A stretch of DNA of 64,000 nt from Candidatus Heimdallarchaeota archaeon (GTDB lineage: Archaea > Asgardarchaeota > Heimdallarchaeia > Heimdallarchaeales > Heimdallarchaeaceae), in assembly GCA_021399345.1 (NCBI GenBank), contig JAAFKI010000094.1, forward strand, positions 57,561 through 121,560. The letters are read 5' to 3'. The position numbers and the translations under genes are program-made. Below the pieces are notes generated by a model that did no database searches, had not been told where the DNA came from, and worked only from the letters and a program-made list of their open reading frames with translations. Of the stretch, positions 39,485 to 50,143 are shown piece by piece (within the stretch, counting starts at the first letter, position 1; each line of letters opens with the position of its first letter).

Positions 39485-40381
39485 TCACGTTACAGGACCA
39501 ATTAAGTTACTGAGAATAGGTTCAATGAAATTATCTAGAAACATCATTACAACAAATCCAATAATTACTCCAAAAGTAACCTGTCTTGCATACTCTTTTC
39601 CATGCGTTTCAGGTATTATTTCATCAACAACTACAAAGATCATTGCACCAGCTGCAAAAGCCATCCCAAAACCTAGGAAAAATTGTGCAGTTGAAACTGC
39701 TGCAACCCCAATTACTGCTCCAAAAGGTTCTACTAATCCAGTTGCAGATGCTATCGTAAATGCTTTCTTTTTTGAATATCCTTCTCTCAGTAAAGGCATT
39801 GCTACAGCTGTTCCTTCAGGGATATTTTGCAGTCCTATTGCAATAGCAACCACTGAACCTTCACCAACATTTCCAGTTCCAAAACTTACTCCAACAGCTA
39901 AACCTTCAGGAAAATTATGAATTGTAATTGCTATGATAAATAACCAAGTAGCTGCAAGCCGTTTGGACATTTTACCTTCAGGACCGGCAACAAAATGCTC
40001 ATGTGGTGCCCATTTATCAACTAGATCAATAAAGAAAGCTCCAACAAGCAATCCAAGAACAACAACCCAGATACTGCCTAGTTGAAATCTTGATTCGGTT
40101 ATAACTGGTTCAATATTCAATTCATTTAAAGATAGATTAAATGCTGAAAATTTAAGTTGAGAGCCAAATGTTAAAGGATCAAGATTTAATGCAGGCACTA
40201 ATAAACTAAACGCTGAAGCTGCAAGCATAACCCCTGCTGCAAAACCTAATAACAAATCTAAGGTTTTATCGCTTATATCTTTCTTGAAGAAGACAGGAAT
40301 AGCTCCAAAAGCTGTTGCTAATCCAGCTAATAATGATGCTCCTGTTCCAATTAGTATTATTTGCCAAGTAGCTAAAACCAA
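39485..40381 (-). CDS. ZIP-family metal transporter (ZupT/GufA)
   Basis: GFAAGVML, HNFPEG, QNIPEG and FAAGAM. Confidence 0.92.
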   Translation of the reverse strand: MVLATWQIILIGTGASLLAGLATAFGAIPVFFKKDISDKTLDLLLGFAAGVMLAASAFSLLVPALNLDPLTFGSQLKFSAFNLSLNELNIEPVITESRFQLGSIWVVVLGLLVGAFFIDLVDKWAPHEHFVAGPEGKMSKRLAATWLFIIAITIHNFPEGLAVGVSFGTGNVGEGSVVAIAIGLQNIPEGTAVAMPLLREGYSKKKAFTIASATGLVEPFGAVIGVAAVSTAQFFLGFGMAFAAGAMIFVVVDEIIPETHGKEYARQVTFGVIIGFVVMMFLDNFIEPILSNLIGPVT

Positions 40382-40490
40382 GAATCTATCTCCATTTATT
40401 TATTCTAATATTTACGAAATCGTCTCTAATTTAATAATTTATCGTTTAACCAAATTGAAATTGAAAAAAAAGAAAAATAGGTAAAGCGAT

Positions 40491-41181
40491 TTACCACTTC
40501 ATACTAAATGGCTCTTCTCCTTTAATTATCAGATAAATGTCATAAAAGACTCCGATAAAGAGCAATCCTCCAGTAATCAGATAGAGAAATCCTGATTTCT
40601 TTTTGACAACATAGAATCTATGTAAACCTAGAAAACCTAAAAGGATGCAGAGGATTAAAGCTGATGTACGATAAACCTCTTCTCTTTTATAATTGATCCA
40701 TGTGGTCTTATTCATTATTGCATCAACATTTAATCTTTGAGAAACACTTTGTTTTGAACCTAAAGCTGCGAATCTTGTAATTATCCATTCAAATGAGAAT
40801 TTGAAATTGATTTTACTCCACAGTTTAACTACCAAGTGATAGGTGAATAAGATGTAGAAACAGAGGAGAAAAACATAAGTTTCTTGACCATATGGGATTG
40901 GGTATCTTTCAGTTACAAGATTTACGTCTATTAGAAGTAAGCTGGCGAACCATTTTGGTAGAATTGAAAATATCTGCAGAGTATAAATCGACAATGCTAT
41001 TATCCCCCACAAACGCCCAACCTACAAAGAAAACCATCATGAATATGGCTAAACCTCTCTGAAAATCTAAGGTTACTATTCTTTTCATTACTTTTGAACC
41101 TGTTAATTCAGCTCCCTCAATATTGCTTGTTTTTGCTGTAACAGTTGACGTTTTTTTACATCTCCAAAATTTTGAATACAA
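40491..41181 (-). pseudogene. Internally deleted HGSNAT-like (DUF1624) membrane acyltransferase gene with C-terminal TM2 domain
   Basis: The N-terminal motif KRIVTLDFQRGLAIFMMVFF is joined out of frame (about 41015-41030) to RLWGIIALSIY...; the end is LGFLGLHRFY...TGGLLFIGVFYD (TM2). Confidence 0.65.
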
Positions 41182-41274
41182 AAAAATAAAATAAGTCTCT
41201 TAAAAATATTTGGCAAAAAAAGCTATTTTTTGTGTTCGAATAGCTTTAAATATATCCTTTCTATTGCTTTGAAC

Positions 41275-42723
41275 ATGCCTTCAAGTTCTTATGATTTAGC
41301 GGAAAAAGCAATTGAAGAAGGAGAAAAACTCGGTGCTCAGTATATTGAGGCAAGATATGTTAACTCTATGAGTAACACTAGTATTCTCAAGAATGGTGTT
41401 CCTGAATTAGGAGCAATAGCAAGAAGCAATGGAATCGGAATAAGGGTCTTAAAAGATGGAGGAGTAGGTTTTGCCAGTTTCAATGAAATGACCAAAGAAG
41501 AGATGAGTATTGCTGTAGCTTTTGCTACAAAAATGGCTGAAGCCACTGGTAAAAGAAGATCTAAAAAGATAGTTTTTAGTGATGAAAAGATCCATGATGT
41601 AAAGTTTGAAGCTTTAGGGGAAAGTGGAAAGAGACCTTTTGAGGTAGACCCAGAAGCTAAAATCAATAGATTAATGGGTATTGATAAGTTACTTGCAGAA
41701 CTTAAGACAAATGCAGTTATTCCTTTCAGATTCTTCCAAATGCTAGACGAAACAGAAAGAAAATATATTATTACAAACGAAGGTGCTAAAATTGAAAGTG
41801 AGATTGACAGATTGCAGCTGTTTGGCATAGTTGTTGCTGTTAATCCAACTACTGGTTCGAAAGAGCAAATAATGATTCAGAAGGGTAAGACCGGAGGATT
41901 AGAATCCTTGGATTACTGGAAAATAGAAGACTTCGTTACAAAAGAAGCAACAAAATTAGGTAAAATTGTAACTGAATCAAAGGAAGCCCCTACAGGAATT
42001 ATTGACTATGTGGTAGGTCCTAATGTTATCGGTATCATGTGCCATGAAAACACTGGACATCCAACTGAAGGTGACCGAATTCTAGGGCGAGAAGGTGCTC
42101 AAGCTGGTGAAAGCTACCTCAAAGAAGACATGATTGGACAACAGATAGGATCTGAACATGTTACAATTATAGATGATCCAACCATAGAAGGATCTTATGG
42201 ATATTACTTATACGATGATGAGGGGGTGAAAGCAGGTCCAAGATATCTTCATAACAAGGGTATTTTCGAAGAAATGCTTCATAACAGAGAGAGTGCAGCA
42301 TGGATGGGAACAAATAGCACAGCAGCTGCAAGAGCAATTGGCTTCAACAGGGAACCTATACCTAGAATGGCTAATACTTACCTAGCTCCAGGTACATTTG
42401 AATATGAAGAATTGTTCGAAGATGTTAAACTTGGAGTTTTTATGAACAATTTCACTGAATGGAATATTGATGACCGTAGATATCAATCTAAGTATGTTGG
42501 GTTAGAAGCTTATCTCATTGAAAATGGTGAAATCAAACATATGGTTCGAAGACCAGTGGTTGAAACAACTACACCAAAACTATGGGGATCAGTAGATGCA
42601 GTAGCAAAAGAGAAGTATCTAGAATTTGATGCTGCAACTTGTGGAAAAGGTGATCCGATGCAGGGTGCTCCGGTTTATCATGGAGGGTCCTTTATGCGAA
42701 TAAGAAATGTTGAGGTTAGGTGA
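41275..42723 (+). CDS. tldD: TldD-family metalloprotease
   Basis: HENTGH (HExxxH), DDEGV, PRMANT and CGKG; ATG at 41275 preferred over TTG at 41230. Confidence 0.9.
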   Translation: MPSSSYDLAEKAIEEGEKLGAQYIEARYVNSMSNTSILKNGVPELGAIARSNGIGIRVLKDGGVGFASFNEMTKEEMSIAVAFATKMAEATGKRRSKKIVFSDEKIHDVKFEALGESGKRPFEVDPEAKINRLMGIDKLLAELKTNAVIPFRFFQMLDETERKYIITNEGAKIESEIDRLQLFGIVVAVNPTTGSKEQIMIQKGKTGGLESLDYWKIEDFVTKEATKLGKIVTESKEAPTGIIDYVVGPNVIGIMCHENTGHPTEGDRILGREGAQAGESYLKEDMIGQQIGSEHVTIIDDPTIEGSYGYYLYDDEGVKAGPRYLHNKGIFEEMLHNRESAAWMGTNSTAAARAIGFNREPIPRMANTYLAPGTFEYEELFEDVKLGVFMNNFTEWNIDDRRYQSKYVGLEAYLIENGEIKHMVRRPVVETTTPKLWGSVDAVAKEKYLEFDAATCGKGDPMQGAPVYHGGSFMRIRNVEVR

Positions 42724-44081
42724 TAATTATGGGCAATAAAATAGATATAAAAAATATTCTAGACTTAACAGCTAATAAACTCAACTCATTAGAATTTGAT
42801 GATTTTGCAATAACTGCTAACAGAGGAAATCGATCTCAATTACGATTTGCTGACAGCCAGATAACAATAGCTAAAAATTGGGCTTCTCTGGAACTAGGTG
42901 TTTTTGCCTCTAAAGACTCTAAAACAGTTGCCGTAGAAATACAAGATCTCTCAGAGAATTCAATCATTTCAGCTCTTGAATCTCTAGAGAAACTTGCTAA
43001 ATCATTACCTCCAAATCAAAACTATTTTGGAATCTCTGATGGTCCTTTCAGTTATCCTGCAATAGAATATCTAGCTGATACCGACTTTGTCGAATTTCAT
43101 GACCGATCAATCGATCAAGTAGAAGGAGCTATAAATGCTGCTGAAGCTGAAGGTGCGAAGAGATCTGCTGGAGTCTTAGCATGGGAAGTTAAAGAAGAAC
43201 ATCTTTTATCTTCGAAAGGAGCTAATGTCTCTGAAAACTCTACAAGCTATGAGTTTAGTATAAGATCCTTCATTGATGAAACCAGCTCTGGAGCAGATGT
43301 AGAAGTAGGAAGATTATTTTCTAAAGTTGATTTTGAAAGAGCTGGAACAAGGGCAGGAGAAATCGCTAAAATGGCAATTGGGGGAACTAATGGTGATCCT
43401 GGGAAGTATAACATTCTACTAGAACCTAGAGTTGCAGCTGATGTAGTAGCAGCTACTCCTGGAGCAGCAAATCCATTTATGGTTGATATAGGGATGTCAT
43501 GGTTAAAAGATAAAATAGGCGAACCAATTGGTCCAGAATTAGTTTCTGTTTATGACGATGCACTGCTTCCAAATGGATTAGGTTCTAAATCCTTCGATGA
43601 AGAAGGTCATCCAACAGGTAGAAATGTTATTGTTGAAAAGGGTATTCTAAAAGGATTTATCCACAATACTTCAACCGCTAAAAAGGCAGGTACAACAAGT
43701 ACTGGAAATGCAGGCTTAGTTTTACCTCAAAACTCCAATGTTTTCTTTGAACCAGGAGAACATACCTTTGAGGAATTATTAGAACTAACTAAAGGAAAAC
43801 CAACGTTATATATTACCAATAACTGGTATACAAGATTTACTAGTTATGCAGACGGTATATTCTCCTCCATTCCCCGAGATGGAATGTTTATCATAAAAAA
43901 TGGAGAGGTTTCTGAACCTGTGAGAGAATTACGAATTAGCGATACCATGGGTAATATCTTCAAAAATATCACAGCTTTAGGCAAAGAAATCAAACAAATT
44001 AAAAGCTGGGAAGTTAATGTACCAACATTTATTCCACATGTTCTAATTGAAGATATAAATATCTCAGCGGCAACAAAATAG
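42720..44081 (+). CDS. pmbA: TldE/PmbA-family partner subunit
   Basis: LRFADSQI, FDEEG and STGNAG, with no HExxxH; adjacent to tldD (ATG at 42729 is an alternative start). Confidence 0.85.
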   Translation: MIIMGNKIDIKNILDLTANKLNSLEFDDFAITANRGNRSQLRFADSQITIAKNWASLELGVFASKDSKTVAVEIQDLSENSIISALESLEKLAKSLPPNQNYFGISDGPFSYPAIEYLADTDFVEFHDRSIDQVEGAINAAEAEGAKRSAGVLAWEVKEEHLLSSKGANVSENSTSYEFSIRSFIDETSSGADVEVGRLFSKVDFERAGTRAGEIAKMAIGGTNGDPGKYNILLEPRVAADVVAATPGAANPFMVDIGMSWLKDKIGEPIGPELVSVYDDALLPNGLGSKSFDEEGHPTGRNVIVEKGILKGFIHNTSTAKKAGTTSTGNAGLVLPQNSNVFFEPGEHTFEELLELTKGKPTLYITNNWYTRFTSYADGIFSSIPRDGMFIIKNGEVSEPVRELRISDTMGNIFKNITALGKEIKQIKSWEVNVPTFIPHVLIEDINISAATK

Positions 44082-44155
44082 TTATTGCTTTGTTATTTTT
44101 TAGTCTATCCACCAACAATTTCATTAGAACAAAAAGGAATAGATTCTTCAGCTAG

Positions 44156-44180
44156 AAGAAATAAACAAAATCTTTCAAAA
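44156..44180. repeat. 25-bp direct repeat, copy 1 (AAGAAATAAACAAAATCTTTCAAAA)
   Basis: Identical to 44445-44469. Confidence 0.85.
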
Positions 44181-44229
44181 TATATACCAATCAAATTAAA
44201 GATTAAAAAGAGAGAGAGAAGAGATATTT

Positions 44230-44424
44230 ATGCCTTCAAAAATGAGAAAAAATATTCATATTGGTGCAAAAGTATCAATTGTTGAGAAACATAATCAAAG
44301 AAACGGAGAATTGACCACAGGTGTGGTAAAAACTATTCTCACCAACTCGGGTAGCCATCCCCATGGAATCAAAGTAAGACTGGAGAGTGGGAAAGTGGGC
44401 AGAGTTAAATCAATACTAGGATGA
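44230..44424 (+). CDS. YwbE family (DUF2196) protein
   Basis: GELTTGVVKTILTNSGSHPHGIKVRLESGKVGRV. Confidence 0.9.
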   Translation: MPSKMRKNIHIGAKVSIVEKHNQRNGELTTGVVKTILTNSGSHPHGIKVRLESGKVGRVKSILG

Positions 44425-44444
44425 TTGTTAGCTTTCCCAATAGA

Positions 44445-44469
44445 AAGAAATAAACAAAATCTTTCAAAA
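44445..44469. repeat. 25-bp direct repeat, copy 2
   Basis: Identical to 44156-44180. Confidence 0.85.
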
Positions 44470-44491
44470 AGAATACTAGTCAGATGATAAT

Positions 44492-46309
44492 TTATTTCAT
44501 TCTTCTATGAGCGATATAAGCTAAGCTTAAGAACACTAAAAAAGATAGTGAAATCAAAGAGGTTTTAGTAGTTGGCGTTTCTTTGATTAGATCAAAACCT
44601 GCTTCTTCCATGTATTCTTGTGCAAGAGAAACATCATAAACGTAAGGTTCTAATCCTTGATCAAAACCTATAGAATCATAAGGTTGAGTAGTGATTGCTG
44701 GTACGCTTTCATAATCATTACAAACTTGTACAATAAGAGATCTGTTTAAAACATGGCTAATTGCTTTTCTTATGTATTTAGCGGCTTCAGGAGTTCCTAC
44801 AGGAGTTAGTTCACCTTTTCCTAGATAAGGATGCAACATATTTATGTACCAATCCTCGGTTTTTAAAGCTGAAACAATTGAAGTTTTTGCTTGACCACCA
44901 ACATCCAGAGGATGAAAGAAATAGTTCTTATCAGCAACATCAGCAAAACCATTTTGAACTGCAATGTAACCTCCATCTTTTCCTGCTACATGTTTAATTT
45001 GGATTTTATTTATTTTAGGTTCATCACCAAACCAGTACTCGTTTGGAACTAACTCATAGGTTAGATTCTCTAAGTTAAACTCTGATATTCTATAGGGACC
45101 ACAAGAGGTCAGTAATTCATTGCTAATATTAGTAGAGTAAGGTTGTTGTCTAAAAATATCATATCCATATGTACTGACAAGAGGTTCTACTAGAGATTTT
45201 TCAATGATACCAAAATTGAGAAGCTCGAAAGAACTATTAATAATAAGACTCGTATGGGGATTTAAAACACTTGCAAAAGGATGTTCAAGTTCAAAAATCA
45301 ATGTGTTTGAATCAACAACTGTCACATTAGTTATCATCGAACTATAGGGATTAGAATATGCTGTTGATCGTAGTGCGGGTGTTTTTAGCAAATCGTAAGT
45401 GTATTTTACATCTTCAGCAGTTAAATTATCTCCATTACTGAACTTTATGTCAGAACGAAGATTAATTGTTATGTTATAACCACTTGAACAAATAGTAAAA
45501 TCTTGAGCTAAATAAGGAATATACTCATAAGAAATTGAATCTCTTTTAAACAGAGATCCGTAGACACTTTTTATCCACTTTCCATCTATATAAGAAATTG
45601 GGAAAATGAAATTATTAGGTACACCTAAATACTGTTCTGTACCAGTTTCATTGAACGGATGGATGTAAATCAACTCATCATCAAATGAGTCTTCCCATGT
45701 TTCTGGATTGAATTGATTTTGACTAAAAAGGAATGTATCAAACGAACTGATATTTTTATTTAAGAGAAAGATATCACTTTTATAGTAAATTGAAATAGCT
45801 GGTAATTCTTCAAATAGGATATTCTGTAGAGCTGATAAATAATTATCAAAATCAGCATAATCTCTGGAACTTTCATATTGGGTTAGAGTACTAACAAAAG
45901 TCAAATTCCAGAATTGGCAAAAATTCCTCCGATGAAGAGGATAACGACATGAACTAAACCTTCCAAGTGGGTTCCAATCAAGATTCCATTGGCTTTGAAG
46001 AATACAAATATCAAACCCTCCTTGTTCGTAAGAGGGTATATAGTCATATTCTATTAAAGGATAGTCCCAGGTCCTAATAGCTATCTCACTAAAATCTGCA
46101 CTATCATAATCAAGAATGTCAATCCCCAGTTCTTCCAATTGTGAATAAATATAGAGTGAATATCCAGGACATCTTATAGGAGAATCATAAGCGAGAACAT
46201 AGAGAGAGAAAGTAGGATTAACTTCCTGATCATTTGAACTTATTATTAGAGGACTGAGAATAAGTAAAACAATAGTAATTAGAAGGATATTTCTTTTCAC
46301 ATTTTTCAC
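44492..46309 (-). CDS. Family-5 (Opp/Dpp-like) solute-binding protein, circularly permuted, C-terminal anchor
   Basis: KFSNGDNLTAEDVKYTY, CGPY, IRKAISH and ILFEELPAISIY; signal peptide and C-terminal TM. Confidence 0.85.
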   Translation of the reverse strand: MKNVKRNILLITIVLLILSPLIISSNDQEVNPTFSLYVLAYDSPIRCPGYSLYIYSQLEELGIDILDYDSADFSEIAIRTWDYPLIEYDYIPSYEQGGFDICILQSQWNLDWNPLGRFSSCRYPLHRRNFCQFWNLTFVSTLTQYESSRDYADFDNYLSALQNILFEELPAISIYYKSDIFLLNKNISSFDTFLFSQNQFNPETWEDSFDDELIYIHPFNETGTEQYLGVPNNFIFPISYIDGKWIKSVYGSLFKRDSISYEYIPYLAQDFTICSSGYNITINLRSDIKFSNGDNLTAEDVKYTYDLLKTPALRSTAYSNPYSSMITNVTVVDSNTLIFELEHPFASVLNPHTSLIINSSFELLNFGIIEKSLVEPLVSTYGYDIFRQQPYSTNISNELLTSCGPYRISEFNLENLTYELVPNEYWFGDEPKINKIQIKHVAGKDGGYIAVQNGFADVADKNYFFHPLDVGGQAKTSIVSALKTEDWYINMLHPYLGKGELTPVGTPEAAKYIRKAISHVLNRSLIVQVCNDYESVPAITTQPYDSIGFDQGLEPYVYDVSLAQEYMEEAGFDLIKETPTTKTSLISLSFLVFLSLAYIAHRRMK

Positions 46310-48162
46310 TTTTTATTTTTTAATTTAGTTTGACACAAAATAGATACTGAGATCAATGAGAAGAGTGTAATAAGGAAAACCGTTCTATCCCCTGAAGGTG
46401 TAGTTTGAGTTGGTGTACACATACATACATAACCCCCATATTCAGTATAATCTACAGCTAAATCAAAGTCATATGCATAAGGAAGAAGATCACTATTATA
46501 TCCAACGCAAGCTTTAGGGATGTACGTACTTGCTGGTACACCTAATCCTTTCAAAAATTCAGAAACTATGTATTCTCTTGGAATTATATGACTTATTGCT
46601 TTTCTCATTTCTTTAGCTCCTCCAGGTGTCCCAACTGGTGTTAATTCTCCTGTTCCAATAACAGGATGTTTCATATTAACAGCTAACTCATAAGTGATTG
46701 GAACATCAACAAATCTTATTTGATACATTGAATTATTATCAGGAATTTGTACTAACAAGTATTCTGTGTATAAATTATCCATAATATCTATTTTACCATC
46801 TAAGAAATCAATAAAAGCCTCCTCTGGATCTTCCATTTTGATAAAAGTCAAATTGCTAGACAGTTCACCTTCCAACCAGTATGGATTAGGGATTAAAAGA
46901 GTTTCATTATTATTTTTGTTTATGTAGTCCAATTTGAAGGGACCGCAAGACCTAACTAAAGCATCTGAAACATTTCCAGTGAAAGGTTGCTCATCAAAAA
47001 TGCTATACCCATAACTCGATATGAATGGTTCTAGATAACTTTTATCAATAATACCATGAGAAAGGTAGCTTAAAGGATAATTAGAAATATCTTCGAAACA
47101 GAATTTAACTGTGGTGGAATCTTCAACTATTATAGATGCATTTGATGCAAACACTGTCGTTAAGAGATTATAATCTGTTGCTCCTACTTCAGGTGAAAGA
47201 AGCAACTCATATGTGTATTTTACATCTTCTGCCAGTACAGAACTTCCATCACTAAACTTCGCTTCAGGATTAATTTCAACAGTTACATTGAATTTCCAAT
47301 CAACAATTTCAGTATAACTATAATTCGAAGCAAGGAAAGATTCCCAGTATTTTGTCTCCTGTGCTCTTCTAAATAAGGAGCCATAAACATTGTTTAACCA
47401 TAGACGATCTTTTCCGTTATTTTTTGTAAAATAACTATATTCTTTGAAAGAAACAGGAAGAGAATAATTAAACCAACCATCACTTGATCCATACCATTTA
47501 TCAGCTCTAATTTCACTTGAATAGAAAAGATTCTCATCAAATCCTGCGACGTCAAAGCTTAGAAAAACTAGCTCTCTTGGATAATAGATTGGAATTGAGG
47601 GAAGATCCTCATAAAGAATTTCTTGTAACTCATAACTGAATGAGGTTCGTTCATTTTGGTCAAAAGTACTATAGTAATACCATGCTTTTGTATCATATGA
47701 TGGGTTTATGTACTGTGAGAAAAATATAGAGTCATATTTTTCAAATTTAGGATAGTAAAAACCCATCCCTGGTGTGAAATAATCTAACTCAAATAGATGT
47801 TCATATGCAAATAAATCGAATCCTCCTTCTGCATAGGTTGGAATATAGTCAAAATCAATTAATGGGTACTGACTTGTTCTAGGGAATACATTCCCCCAAT
47901 GAGTTACTTCATGAATTCCAACACCTATCCCAATAGATGGTAATTTTTTTTGAATTAAGATAGATATTTCATTGTTTATATCATTCTTTTCGAAAATTGA
48001 CATTAAATCTAAACTAAATATTTTTTGTCTTGGGTCACGTTCACAAATACAAGCTGATGTTCCTATAAATAAAGAACTTGAGAAAAATATCAGAATTAGA
48101 GTTATAGAAAAAAATATTTTTCCTTTGTTCATTTTATCCATCTTAAAGCTGCGTCTAAACAA
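46306..48162 (-). CDS. Family-5 solute-binding protein, circularly permuted paralogue
   Basis: KFSDGSSVLAEDVKYTY, CGPF, MRKAISH and ILYEDLPSIPIY; signal peptide and C-terminal TM. Confidence 0.85.
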   Translation of the reverse strand: MFRRSFKMDKMNKGKIFFSITLILIFFSSSLFIGTSACICERDPRQKIFSLDLMSIFEKNDINNEISILIQKKLPSIGIGVGIHEVTHWGNVFPRTSQYPLIDFDYIPTYAEGGFDLFAYEHLFELDYFTPGMGFYYPKFEKYDSIFFSQYINPSYDTKAWYYYSTFDQNERTSFSYELQEILYEDLPSIPIYYPRELVFLSFDVAGFDENLFYSSEIRADKWYGSSDGWFNYSLPVSFKEYSYFTKNNGKDRLWLNNVYGSLFRRAQETKYWESFLASNYSYTEIVDWKFNVTVEINPEAKFSDGSSVLAEDVKYTYELLLSPEVGATDYNLLTTVFASNASIIVEDSTTVKFCFEDISNYPLSYLSHGIIDKSYLEPFISSYGYSIFDEQPFTGNVSDALVRSCGPFKLDYINKNNNETLLIPNPYWLEGELSSNLTFIKMEDPEEAFIDFLDGKIDIMDNLYTEYLLVQIPDNNSMYQIRFVDVPITYELAVNMKHPVIGTGELTPVGTPGGAKEMRKAISHIIPREYIVSEFLKGLGVPASTYIPKACVGYNSDLLPYAYDFDLAVDYTEYGGYVCMCTPTQTTPSGDRTVFLITLFSLISVSILCQTKLKNKK

Positions 48163-48293
48163 TATTTAAACATGTTGCCAGCATTTCAATTATTAAAACA
48201 ACTGGAGATTCTTATACTAGTTCAAATTAGGGTTTCTTAATCTACCCTTCCAATTACAAAAATTCTTAAACAGTAAATTTTCAATCATTTTAT

Positions 48294-50078
48294 ATGCCTA
48301 AAGAAATTATAACCTGGGATTTATGTGATCTTTATTCAGATGTTAATGATCCTAAGATTAAAACTGATATGAAAGATATCGAAATATTAGCTAAAGATTT
48401 TAATAAAATAGTTAAAGGAAATATTAACAACCCTAATCTTAAGCCAGAACAGTTAGAAGAATGGTTCAAAAAACATGAAAATATTCATGAAAAGAAATTC
48501 TATCTTTACTTGTTTTCATCCTTACTATATTCAACTACATCACTCAATGATGAATTCAAGAATCTTTATTCTCAAGTACAAGAATATAATTCAAAAATCA
48601 ATGAACAAACACTATTCTTCCATCTTGAACTTAATACAATACCTGAGGAGAAATATAAGGAACTTTTAGTATCTCCTGAATTAAAAAATTATAAACATGA
48701 TCTAGAATTCAACAGAAAGCAAAAACCTCATCAGCTTTCTGAAAAGGAAGAACAGATAATTCTGATGAAGAACATAACTGGAAAGAGCGGTTTCATAAAA
48801 TTATATAATGAAATAGAAAGTGGTTTCACTTATGAATTTGAATATGAAGGGGAAACTAAGACTTACACAGGATCAGAACTTTTTGCTTTCATGTACAACA
48901 AGGATAAGAATGTTAGATACAGAGCGTTAAAGACCTTAGTTGCAGAATTTGAAAGAAATGAACTCACTTTTACTCATGTTTACAATAATGTGATGAAGGA
49001 TTGGGGGATTGAAAATAAGCGAAGGAATTATGTGAATCCAATTACATTAAGGAACGTAGAGAATGAAGTTAGTGATAAAGCTGTAGAAACATTAGGAAAA
49101 GTTACTTCTGAAAGTAATCACATTGTAGAAAAATACTACAATTTGAAGAAGAAGATTCTAGATTTATCAGAATTAAGAATGTCAGATTTATACGCTCCAG
49201 TTGGTGAAGTAAATAAAAAATATACTTACGAAGAAGCAATCGAACTTGTAAAAACAGCTAATAAACAATTCAACCCTGAATTTGCTACAATTGTTGATGA
49301 AGTATACAAGAGGAAACACATAGATGTTACTCCAAGGAAAGGTAAACAAGGAGGAGCTTTCTGTAGTTATGGAAAGCAAATGAAATATCCGTTCGTATTT
49401 GTCAATTTCACTAATGATATAGAGTCTGTCTTAACATTAGCTCATGAATTAGGGCACGCTATACACCATTATTACATTCAACAAACTCAAACATTTACAA
49501 ACGTAGATTCTTCTCTTACAGTGGCTGAAATAGCATCTGTTTTCAACGAAATGATTGCTTTCGATTATCTCATGAAACAAGACCTAGCGAAAGAAGACAG
49601 AATCTCCTTATTAGCTAATCACATTGAAGGTAATTTTTCAACTTCTCATAGGCAGAATGCTTTCTATCATTTTGAAAGTAGGATTCATGAATTAATGAAA
49701 GAGAAATTACCTACAGGCACTGATTACAAAGAAATCTTTGTTGAAGAAATGCAAAAGATGTTTGGAAATTCTATGACAAACATAAAAGAAGATTATGCAA
49801 GTTACTGGAGTGTAGTAAGTCATTTCATCCATGTACCTTTCTATGTTTATGCTTACAATATGTCTAATCTTCTAGTTATAGCCCTCTATCAGATGTATTT
49901 AGAAGAGGGAGAAGAATTCGTTCCCAAATTTACTAAACTTCTATCCGTTGGATGCTCAAAAACACCAGCTGAAATGCTTGAAGAAGTAGGTATAGATTTA
50001 GATGATCCAAATTTCTGGAATAAAGGAATTAGCTATTTGAGTTCAAAAGTAGATGAACTTGAAGAATTGCTTTCCTAA
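48294..50078 (+). CDS. pepF: M3B oligoendopeptidase F
   Basis: WDLCDLY, GKQGGAFC, TLAHELGH, AEIAS and FYVYAY. Confidence 0.92.
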   Translation: MPKEIITWDLCDLYSDVNDPKIKTDMKDIEILAKDFNKIVKGNINNPNLKPEQLEEWFKKHENIHEKKFYLYLFSSLLYSTTSLNDEFKNLYSQVQEYNSKINEQTLFFHLELNTIPEEKYKELLVSPELKNYKHDLEFNRKQKPHQLSEKEEQIILMKNITGKSGFIKLYNEIESGFTYEFEYEGETKTYTGSELFAFMYNKDKNVRYRALKTLVAEFERNELTFTHVYNNVMKDWGIENKRRNYVNPITLRNVENEVSDKAVETLGKVTSESNHIVEKYYNLKKKILDLSELRMSDLYAPVGEVNKKYTYEEAIELVKTANKQFNPEFATIVDEVYKRKHIDVTPRKGKQGGAFCSYGKQMKYPFVFVNFTNDIESVLTLAHELGHAIHHYYIQQTQTFTNVDSSLTVAEIASVFNEMIAFDYLMKQDLAKEDRISLLANHIEGNFSTSHRQNAFYHFESRIHELMKEKLPTGTDYKEIFVEEMQKMFGNSMTNIKEDYASYWSVVSHFIHVPFYVYAYNMSNLLVIALYQMYLEEGEEFVPKFTKLLSVGCSKTPAEMLEEVGIDLDDPNFWNKGISYLSSKVDELEELLS

Positions 50079-50143
50079 AATCCAGTTTCTTTTTTATTTT
50101 TTTTAGCACAAATTTGAAATAATCATAATACAATAAACCAACT

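Noticed and set aside
44085-44285. 66-aa ORF overlapping ywbE
   Set aside because: TTG start, runs through the repeat and spacer, and overlaps a recognisable gene in another frame
44156-44469. CRISPR mini-array
   Set aside because: Only two repeats 289 bp apart enclosing a gene, and no cas genes
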